Below, one piece after another: positions 18,031-23,993 of a DNA stretch of 23,993 nucleotides. The stretch is taken from assembly GCA_963840855.1 (NCBI GenBank), contig CAWJBB010000004.1:1-23993 (forward strand), given 5' to 3'. Origin of the DNA: an uncultured delta proteobacterium. Its GTDB lineage: Bacteria > Desulfobacterota > Binatia > UBA9968. The translations under genes and the position numbers were made by a program. A model generated the notes under the pieces. That model was not told the DNA's origin. It searched no databases and saw only the letters and a program-made list of their open reading frames with translations. Each line of letters starts with the position of its first letter. The stretch's first letter is position 1.

Positions 18031-18744
18031 GTGCCAGGTTGGAAAGCGCGCATCGGTTATCTGTCGCCATCGGTTTTTGAAACGCCGTCGGACTGGGATC
18101 TCATCCTGCCGAAAGGCTTTACCATCGTCTCGTCGGGCTTGAACGTCCAAGCCCATACCACCGAAGAATTCAATAAAGCCATCGACGCGCTGGGTACCGG
18201 ACTCGGGATATTCAAAGCCGAAGAATGCGACGCCATTCTTATGGGCGGCATCACCTTGGGCACGCAGCGCGGCTACGCCGCCGAACAGGAGGTGGTCGGT
18301 AAACTGTCCAGGCAAGTCGGCTTGCCGGTGAGCACGGCCATGAACGCGACGGTGGAAGCGCTCAAGTACCTGAAAGTCAAAACTACGGTGATCGCCACAG
18401 CTTACAAAGAAGCCATCAACCAGGCCGTCAAGAAATACTACGAAGACGGTGGGGTTAAAGTTCTCGCCATCAGAGGGCTGGAAGTCTCCAAGCCGGTTGA
18501 TCAAGCCAAGCTGCCCGATTACGCTTCTTACAAAGTTGCTCGCGAACTGTTCCGCGAGCATCCCGACGTAGATAGCCTATTGATCCAAGGCCGCTGGCGC
18601 TCCGTCGCCCACGTGCAGGAACTGGAAGACGACACGCAAAGACCGGTCGTCGCCAGCACCGCGGCATCTCTCTGGTGGGTATTGCAAACCCTCGGGATGA
18701 AACCCCGCATCGAAGGCTTCGGCAAACTGTTGCGGGAATCATAG
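18031..18744 (+). CDS. Asp/Glu racemase-fold protein (maleate isomerase/arylmalonate decarboxylase-like), canonical catalytic Cys not seen
   Basis: GWKARIGYLSPS, ALKYLKVKTTVIATAY, ELEDDTQRPVVAS, GFGKLL; AAGGAG RBS with GTG start. Confidence 0.85.
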   Translation: MPGWKARIGYLSPSVFETPSDWDLILPKGFTIVSSGLNVQAHTTEEFNKAIDALGTGLGIFKAEECDAILMGGITLGTQRGYAAEQEVVGKLSRQVGLPVSTAMNATVEALKYLKVKTTVIATAYKEAINQAVKKYYEDGGVKVLAIRGLEVSKPVDQAKLPDYASYKVARELFREHPDVDSLLIQGRWRSVAHVQELEDDTQRPVVASTAASLWWVLQTLGMKPRIEGFGKLLRES

Positions 18745-18885
18745 TCCGGTTCCGTTAATTGTGCTCGCAACTCGCCCGATGCTACGCGGGCGTCAAGTTG
18801 CGGAGACGTTGGTAATTCCCCAAGCGAGAAACCCAACGGTGGGGTCTTATGGTCGATGCAAAGGATTTCAATGTAGAGCCAACGC

Positions 18886-19560
18886 TCAGAATACCGCGTG
18901 TGCTGCGCCGCGGAAATCAGTCGGCTCCGGCAGCCCCTTTTTGCGCGCACTCTCTCGCGCTTTCTGATGATTCATGTCCGCCGGAATGAAACGCACTTTC
19001 TTGCCCAAACGCCGTGCTTCAATCAACTCATCTCGAGCTACTTCTCCACCGCCAATCCCGACTACGATATCGCTGTTCTCGACCATCGCGTCAGAGGTAG
19101 GCGACAATCGCTTGGTGCCCTTCAGAAATCCCCCCCACGTCGCGTCTTGCACATAGAACACGTGATCAACGTACGGTGACGGTTGCACGTTATACTGCTT
19201 CGCCTGCGCCGACACGATTCCCGTCGTAACGAACCCCTTGCGTTTGGCGATCTCGTACACACCGCCAATGCCTTCCGGTGTAGCCCCGATATTCACGATT
19301 GTCTTCCCCGGGTCGAACTCGCTAAGAATATGCTCCGCCTGTTTGAGCATTGAAGCTTGATCCTCATAGCCAGCGCCGGAATATCCCACAAACGTCAGTA
19401 GCGCCTTTTTTGTGCCCTGAAAGAAGACCCTGATCTCTTCCCTCGTCGCGTTCTTCACCGCCCCAGTCTGCCCAAAGGCGCTCAGTGCAAAGAGCCATAG
19501 CAATAGCGTGAGCGATAGTGTCCTTGAACGACCGAACGGTTTACATCCCTTCAATATCAT
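18886..19560 (-). CDS. Probable exported SLOG (LOG/Smf-like nucleotide-binding fold) protein
   Basis: LTFVGYSG, IVNIGATPEGIG, TTGIVS and AMVENSDIVVGIGGGEVARDELIEARRLGKKV resemble SLOG motifs; signal-like LTLLLWLFALSAFG. Start uncertain. Confidence 0.6.
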   Translation of the reverse strand: MILKGCKPFGRSRTLSLTLLLWLFALSAFGQTGAVKNATREEIRVFFQGTKKALLTFVGYSGAGYEDQASMLKQAEHILSEFDPGKTIVNIGATPEGIGGVYEIAKRKGFVTTGIVSAQAKQYNVQPSPYVDHVFYVQDATWGGFLKGTKRLSPTSDAMVENSDIVVGIGGGEVARDELIEARRLGKKVRFIPADMNHQKARESARKKGLPEPTDFRGAAHAVF

Positions 19561-19675
19561 CAGCGGGCCTGTTCTTCCTTGTTTACTTTACCGACGAAAG
19601 CCGCGTTGCGGATATAGAATTCCACTTCACCGCACCAGCGCATATGACTGCTCTGCTCTACGACACCGCTGGGGA

Positions 19676-20275
19676 CTACGCCTTAAGTGCTTCCGGGACC
19701 GGCATCTTCAGGGACGTCAAAACTTCCGCCGCCTTCGCCTTTAACGCGGTCGCCTTGGCCATCGCATCCGCCAAGTTGCCACCCTTGGAAGCGTCGGTCG
19801 CCGCGCTCCATTGCTGCGTGATCTCGGCGAGCCCCGCTTTCGCCCCGACCAGCGTTTCCGCCGTCATACCGGCAGGAAGTTTTTTGCTTTGCGACAAAAT
19901 GTCCACCCGGCTCTTGATCGCTTCCACTACCTTGGGAAACCCGGCGCTAAACCCGCTCCACGCTTTGGCGAGCTCGTCCTTCTTCGCAGCCGCAGCGCTA
20001 ACCACGTCCTTCGCCTTGGAAGTGAGCGCCGGAGCCTCGGACACGACTGCCTTGTAGTCGCTCTTGTTGAATTTCTCCCTAAGCGCGGCGAGCCCAGATT
20101 CGAGCGAGGCAACCTGGTCGGGCACATATTTGCTCGCTTCGCCTTTCGCAGCGTTGACAGCCTCCTCTGCCGCTTTGAGCGCAGTTTCGGCAGGGCCCTT
20201 ATCGCCGGCGCCGCAGCCACTCAGCAGCGCACCGATAAGAATCATGAAAAAACAATTACCAATGGACCGACGCAT
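19676..20275 (-). CDS. Ala/Lys-rich helical lipoprotein, hypothetical
   Basis: Lipobox LLSG-C after a hydrophobic stretch; GGGAGG RBS; amphipathic helices. Confidence 0.8.
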   Translation of the reverse strand: MRRSIGNCFFMILIGALLSGCGAGDKGPAETALKAAEEAVNAAKGEASKYVPDQVASLESGLAALREKFNKSDYKAVVSEAPALTSKAKDVVSAAAAKKDELAKAWSGFSAGFPKVVEAIKSRVDILSQSKKLPAGMTAETLVGAKAGLAEITQQWSAATDASKGGNLADAMAKATALKAKAAEVLTSLKMPVPEALKA

Positions 20276-20305
20276 ACATTCGCCCTCCCGTGCAGTGGTT
20301 TAAAC

Positions 20306-20542
20306 CTATGGAATTCGAAGCTTCTGGCCGACGTTAATCCGATTCGGATCTTTGAGAATGTCGCGGTTTGCTTCGAAGATTTTTGGGTACAGATTGCCGT
20401 CGCCATAGTGCTGTTCGGCGATCTTCCAGAGCGTTTCGCCTTTCTTCACTTCGTGCCACTGCGTGGCGTCGTAGGCATCGGCGCTATCTTCGGATTTTTT
20501 TTCGTCCGTCTCGGTCATTGCCCAGGGATCCTTCTCTGCCAT
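20306..20542 (-). CDS. Stand-alone LysM domain protein (similar to the Kbp/YgaU C-terminal domain)
   Basis: HEVKKGETLWKIAEQHYGDGNLYPKIFEANRDILKDPNRINVGQKLRIP; AAGGAG RBS. Confidence 0.9.
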   Translation of the reverse strand: MAEKDPWAMTETDEKKSEDSADAYDATQWHEVKKGETLWKIAEQHYGDGNLYPKIFEANRDILKDPNRINVGQKLRIP

Positions 20543-20794
20543 AAGACTCTCCTTTCTGGCGGCATAAAACCGACCTTTCTCCTTGTTAGTTAGCGAAACT
20601 ACAAGATTTTACGGTTCCAACCTTCAGAAACCACGTCCCAAACCCTTTTTCCGGGTCGATTCGTTGTCTCCAAGCATAGTTGTAAGGACCTGCTGACACT
20701 ATCAGGCACTGTACGCGCTCGGCGAGCAGCACCTAACCGCCCAACAGGAAATCCTTTGACGCCGCGACATGGTGTCGGCGGCTGCCAAACAAAA

Positions 20795-21079
20795 CTAGGC
20801 TTTCGCCATCGCGTTCTTTATGAAGCCGATGATGACCATCAAGATTCCGCCCCCGACGCCCCCACTCGCGATATTGCCGAGCAGAGAGCCGAAGTCGAGT
20901 CCTCCCCCGCCGGCAGACGCTCCCATGGCTTGAAGAATTACACCACCGAGTCCACCCCCAAGAATTCCGGCGATGGAATTGCCTAGCGTCCCCAAGCTTT
21001 GATCTTTGAGTAGCGCGCCCGCTATGTTGCCGCCGACCGCGCCGCTGATCAGATTAATAATAAGGGTTATGATGTCCAT
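20795..21079 (-). CDS. Small glycine-rich membrane protein (94 aa)
   Basis: MDIITLIINLISGAVGGNIAG...GNSIAGILGGGLGG; ATG 21079 follows AAGGAGGT. Confidence 0.8.
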   Translation of the reverse strand: MDIITLIINLISGAVGGNIAGALLKDQSLGTLGNSIAGILGGGLGGVILQAMGASAGGGGLDFGSLLGNIASGGVGGGILMVIIGFIKNAMAKA

Positions 21080-21297
21080 GAAGACCTCCTTATTTTTCTG
21101 ACTGTGTGACGTGAGACAAGGTGTGGAGTTGTTATCTGTTTGCTGAGTAAACCGGAATGGACAAAACGCCGCCATCAGGAAAACCATGGTTTGAGGGTGC
21201 GAATTTCCTTAGGCCCACCGGCCCTTGGGGACCACCTGCGTCGGCTTGTCAGAAAGAGTGCCCCGCAACAGCAGACTCGATCGACCCCGAAAAAGAT

Positions 21298-21439
21298 CTC
21301 AGTCGCCTACGTGCAGGGACTGGAAGACGACACGGGGAAGCCGGTCGTCTCCAGCACCGCCGCGTCGCTCTGGTGGGTATTGCACGCCAGGGGAATGAAA
21401 CCGCCTATCGAAGGCTTCGGCAGACTCCTGCGCGGGTAA
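21298..21439 (+). pseudogene. Orphan 3' fragment duplicating the end of the 18031-18744 gene
   Basis: SVAYVQGLEDDTGKPVVSSTAASLWWVLHARGMKPPIEGFGRLLRG* versus SVAHVQELEDDTQRPVVASTAASLWWVLQTLGMKPRIEGFGKLLRES*; 111 of 138 nt identical by hand count. Confidence 0.88.
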
Positions 21440-21480
21440 GCGCACCGTTTAGTTTTACTGGATCGCGTCCCAGCGTTTTC

Positions 21481-21564
21481 AGCAGGACAATGAGCAGCAA
21501 GCGTGTTTTGAATCGCGGTGGCCGAGGTGTTCAAAGTCCAGCGGACCGGCTAATGAGAATTTGA
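21481..21564 (+). pseudogene. intI: Relic C-terminus of an integron integrase
   Basis: SRTMSSKRVLNRGGRGVQSPADRL aligns to the IntI C-terminal signature (S/T)TTMIYTHVLNRGGRGVxSPxDxL; the catalytic Tyr position is mutated. Confidence 0.75.
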
Positions 21565-21604
21565 AAATGCGATGTCGCCTCGGGGATAGACTGCGGGCCA
21601 ATAG

Positions 21605-21730
21605 TGGGATAGGCGGCCACGCCGCCAGTAATTGCCAGAAAACGTGGCTTGACTTTCGCGTCGCAAGTAAGCGATACAGTTCAACAAATAATGTTGCAAG
21701 GCCTGCAGACCTGTTTGGGATAGGCGGCCA
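21605..21730 (+). repeat. 15-bp direct repeat TGGGATAGGCGGCCA in the intI-attI spacer
   Basis: Exact copies at 21605-21619 and 21716-21730. Confidence 0.7.
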
Positions 21731-21748
21731 ACAACGGCGCGGTCTAAA

Positions 21749-21769
21749 CGGCTCACTTAATAGTTAGCC
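21749..21769 (+). other. Putative attI site (R box GTTAGCC at 21763-21769)
   Basis: CGGCTCACTTAATA-GTTAGCC: a GTTRRRY-like core opening the first cassette, with no attC-length palindrome upstream. Confidence 0.6.
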
Positions 21770-21789
21770 GTCAGGAGAGTCGACCACCG

Positions 21790-22389
21790 GTGTCCGACAG
21801 AAAGAAGAAATTCGGTGAGCGCGCCACAAGACTCAAGCGAGCGCTCGCGAACGAACAGAAGAAGTACCGCCATATTGAGGACGGTGCAGGGAAACGCTAC
21901 TTGATCGGACCATTTTATGTTCTTGCGGGGGAGTTGAAAAAGGCTCTCGCGCACTACGACTGGTACGAGAAGCACTGTTCGGATGACGTTGGTGAGCCCA
22001 TCCACTACCTTTACTGGGCGTTGGCGCTCTACCGGACTGGCGAGACCAAAAAAGCGACCGCCAAACTTCTTGAAACGATGCTGCAGAACGTCTACCTCTT
22101 GCCAATACTGCTCGGGGCGCCGCCCGATTCGTACGACATCTGGCATGGCTCGAACATGGAACAGCCAGATTACATCACAGAAGCCCCACCGGACTTCCTA
22201 CCTCAGCTGTCGGAGCAGGAGCGTTCGTGGATTGCGGAACAGTTCGACAGTTTTCGCTTCAGGCGCGCTCGCGAAGAGTACGTGGCGACGTACCGCGCGC
22301 TAAAGTATGAAAAGAACGTCGATAACCGACGGCAGATTTTGAGGCGCTGGAATGAGTTCTTGGCTCAGTCGGCAACGATTGACGGCTAA
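21790..22389 (+). CDS. Cassette 1: helical TPR-like hypothetical protein
   Basis: AGGAG upstream; helical pattern GELKKALAHYDWY...YLYWALALYRTGETKKATAKL; the stop codon lies inside the attC R'' box. Confidence 0.75.
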   Translation: MSDRKKKFGERATRLKRALANEQKKYRHIEDGAGKRYLIGPFYVLAGELKKALAHYDWYEKHCSDDVGEPIHYLYWALALYRTGETKKATAKLLETMLQNVYLLPILLGAPPDSYDIWHGSNMEQPDYITEAPPDFLPQLSEQERSWIAEQFDSFRFRRAREEYVATYRALKYEKNVDNRRQILRRWNEFLAQSATIDG

Positions 22390-22446
22390 CATTGCCGTCA
22401 ACGGCGACGGGCCGCAAGCGGTCCGCGCGTTACCTCGACGTTAGCC
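22384..22446 (+). mobile_element. attC site 1 (63 bp)
   Basis: R'' GGCTAAC ... R' GTTAGCC, with imperfect inner palindrome gtcaacggcgacgggccgc-aa-gcggtccgcgcgttac. GACGGCTAAC is the exact reverse complement of the cassette start GTTAGCCGTC. Confidence 0.9.
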
Positions 22447-22470
22447 AGACCAGATTCCCGAGAGACCATC

Positions 22471-23340
22471 GTGACGTCGCTTGACCCTTTCGAGATCGTA
22501 GCATCCGCGCTGACCGCTCGCGCGTTTCTTGAGCCCCTTGGTCCACCGCTACGCGTCGATATGACCTTCGATCAAGCCAACGATCTTCTCGTGTCTGCTT
22601 GGGATGCATCTGACTTCGCATATGAGCCCGTGGATCGAGTCTCATTAGTTTACAGACAAACGCAGCTTGCCGGGTGGTACTCGATGGATATGTATGACAG
22701 CGATCTCGATATCATTGGGGAAGTCGTGCATCCGATTCATCCAGATGAGATTGCCTCAGCCGATACACCGGCCCTCAAGCTCGTTCATATCCTCGCTGAG
22801 CGTCCCAGAAGTGGAATCATCGTCTTTGTACTCGAAGAGGATGCTATCGTAGGCACAGTCTCACCCGAAATGTTTTGGGGGCCTGTCTTTCGCCTGTGTC
22901 TGTTTGCCCTTACGCTCGAACTCGAGGGCGCGGCAGTTGCAGCTGCCATGCGGCATCCTCTAGCGTCGTGGAATGCATTGTCCCCCGGCCGTCGGGCGAA
23001 GGCGGAGGAGATTCGGAAGCGCCTTTGCTCTGCCGAGCATCGTAACAGGCCGTTGATGCATGAAAGAGCACCGCTTGGTCCACTCTTGGCGACCACCTCG
23101 TTTGCTGACAAAGGAACGATTGTCGCAAAGACGAAGCTTTTGGAGGGCTGGACGCTCGACGGCGTTAAATCTCTGTTCGGTCGGGCAGAAAGAGTACGGA
23201 ACTCGTGTGCGCATACTCGAGATACAGTCGACGCGCCGCTCGGGCGCGATGCCAAGGGGGTAGCGGACTTTGTCGATTTATGCACCCGCGCTATCGCGGG
23301 ACTTCGAACGACACAGAGAGATGGCACTGAAGCTGGCTAA
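22471..23340 (+). CDS. Cassette 2: degenerate CBS-pair plus C-terminal HEPN-like domain protein
   Basis: CBS-like segments (LTARAFLEPL, ASADTPALKLVHIL, FVLEEDAIVGTVS); helical C-terminus LFALTLELE...SFADK...ERVRNSCAH (Rx4H); stop inside the attC R'' box. Confidence 0.68.
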   Translation: MTSLDPFEIVASALTARAFLEPLGPPLRVDMTFDQANDLLVSAWDASDFAYEPVDRVSLVYRQTQLAGWYSMDMYDSDLDIIGEVVHPIHPDEIASADTPALKLVHILAERPRSGIIVFVLEEDAIVGTVSPEMFWGPVFRLCLFALTLELEGAAVAAAMRHPLASWNALSPGRRAKAEEIRKRLCSAEHRNRPLMHERAPLGPLLATTSFADKGTIVAKTKLLEGWTLDGVKSLFGRAERVRNSCAHTRDTVDAPLGRDAKGVADFVDLCTRAIAGLRTTQRDGTEAG

Positions 23341-23415
23341 CAATCGGCTTGAAACGGATCTTCGGACTCGCTCGCTTCGCTCGCTGGCCTCGTCCGTTCA
23401 GCCTTAGTGTTAGCT
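23335..23415 (+). mobile_element. attC site 2 (81 bp)
   Basis: R'' GGCTAAC ... R' GTTAGCT; L arms ggcttgaaacgga / tccgttcagcc with unpaired bases. CTGGCTAAC complements the cassette start GTTAGCCAG. Confidence 0.9.
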
Positions 23416-23453
23416 CTCGGGACGCAAGGTCGCGCCGTAAACCCACGTCGGGT

Positions 23454-23482
23454 TTGCAATATATGCATCATATGCATACACT
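23454..23482 (+). promoter_or_regulatory. Sigma70 promoter with an overlapping operator for the TA cassette
   Basis: TTGCAA-N17-TACACT, with two ATATGCAT copies (23461-23468, 23470-23477) in the spacer. Confidence 0.7.
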
Positions 23483-23488
23483 TGTCTG

Positions 23489-23761
23489 GTGACCGCCATC
23501 TTTGACCCCAAGAAGGACGCCGCAAATCTCAAGAAGCATGGTGCCTCTCTTACCGAAGGCGACGGAGTCTTGAGCGACCCACTGGCGGTGACGATTGAAG
23601 ATAAATCGGCTGAGGGAGAGCAACGGTTTGTCACTCTCGGCACAAACACGTTCGGTTCCCTTAGAGTTGTGGTCTGGACTCCTCGGGACGACGACTTTCG
23701 CATAATCTCGGTTCGGAAACCGACACGGAAGGAAAGAAGAACATATGAAGAAGGAGTATAA
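23489..23761 (+). CDS. brnT: Cassette 3: BrnT family toxin
   Basis: FDPKKDAANLKKHG...EGEQRFVTLG...VVVWTPRDDDFRIISVRKPTRKERRTY. Confidence 0.92.
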   Translation: MTAIFDPKKDAANLKKHGASLTEGDGVLSDPLAVTIEDKSAEGEQRFVTLGTNTFGSLRVVVWTPRDDDFRIISVRKPTRKERRTYEEGV

Positions 23762-23993
23762 TTTTTCCAAGGGCAAACGCGGAGCGGTGATTCCCCAGGT
23801 TGGGAAGACGCGCATCACTATCTATCTCGACGATGCGATCTTGAAGCGTTTCAAGGCTGAGTCCGAGAGAACCGGGAAAGGGTATCAAACCCTCATCAAC
23901 GATGTACTCAACTCCTACCTGGGTCTGAGGGAGAAGCCCCTTACGGCAGAGATGGTGCGCAAGATCGTTCGCGAAGAGCTTTCTGCTCAAAAC
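23745..23993 (+). CDS. brnA: BrnA family (RHH) antitoxin, runs off the window edge
   Basis: Not in the ORF track. MKKEYNFSKGKRGAVIPQVGKTRITIYLDDAILKRFKAESERTGKGYQTLINDVLNSYL...; overlaps the brnT end by 17 nt. Confidence 0.9.
   Translation, partial: MKKEYNFSKGKRGAVIPQVGKTRITIYLDDAILKRFKAESERTGKGYQTLINDVLNSYLGLREKPLTAEMVRKIVREELSAQN

Noticed and set aside
19811-20593. 260-aa plus-strand ORF
   Set aside because: Antisense shadow of the lipoprotein and LysM genes, which have RBSs and recognisable motifs.
21140-21564. ORFs 21140-21439 and 21157-21564 as real genes
   Set aside because: They are read-throughs of non-coding DNA into two remnants (the racemase-fold 3' end and the intI 3' end).
21649-21680. 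TTGACT...TACAGT as the Pc promoter
   Set aside because: The 20-nt spacing is too long to call a sigma70 promoter.
21725-21769. GGCCAAC...GTTAGCC as a third attC
   Set aside because: Only 45 bp with no convincing L-box palindrome; it fits attI better.

Overview
GC-rich bacterial chromosomal window. The gene mix (amidohydrolase-2 paralogs, TctC/Bug and NitT/TauT-type binding proteins, a Rieske oxygenase, racemase-fold paralogs) resembles Candidatus Binatia-like genomes; this is inference only. The left ~18.7 kb holds an ECF sigma/ZAS anti-sigma pair (anti-sigma apparently frameshifted), a Nudix hydrolase, amidohydrolases, a deleted GlpC-like Fe-S pseudogene, a CADD/PqqC-like protein behind a sigma54 promoter, glutathione reductase, an MFS transporter, an orphan ParB-like gene, a Rieske oxygenase, two Cys-less Asp/Glu-racemase-fold genes, TctC, an alpha/beta hydrolase, and an intact IS4-family element (9-bp TSD) splitting an amidohydrolase. 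Several intergenic repeat/MITE families are present, some nested. A 2.5-kb block of envelope-type genes is bracketed by a diverged duplicate of a gene 3' end. The right end is the most interesting part: a relic integron with a decayed integrase C-terminus (VLNRGGRGVQSPADRL) co-oriented with the array, a probable attI, two clear attC sites and three cassettes. These encode a TPR-like protein, a CBS-pair + HEPN (RNSCAH) protein that is a candidate nucleotide-gated anti-phage RNase, and a BrnT/BrnA toxin-antitoxin pair with its own promoter.
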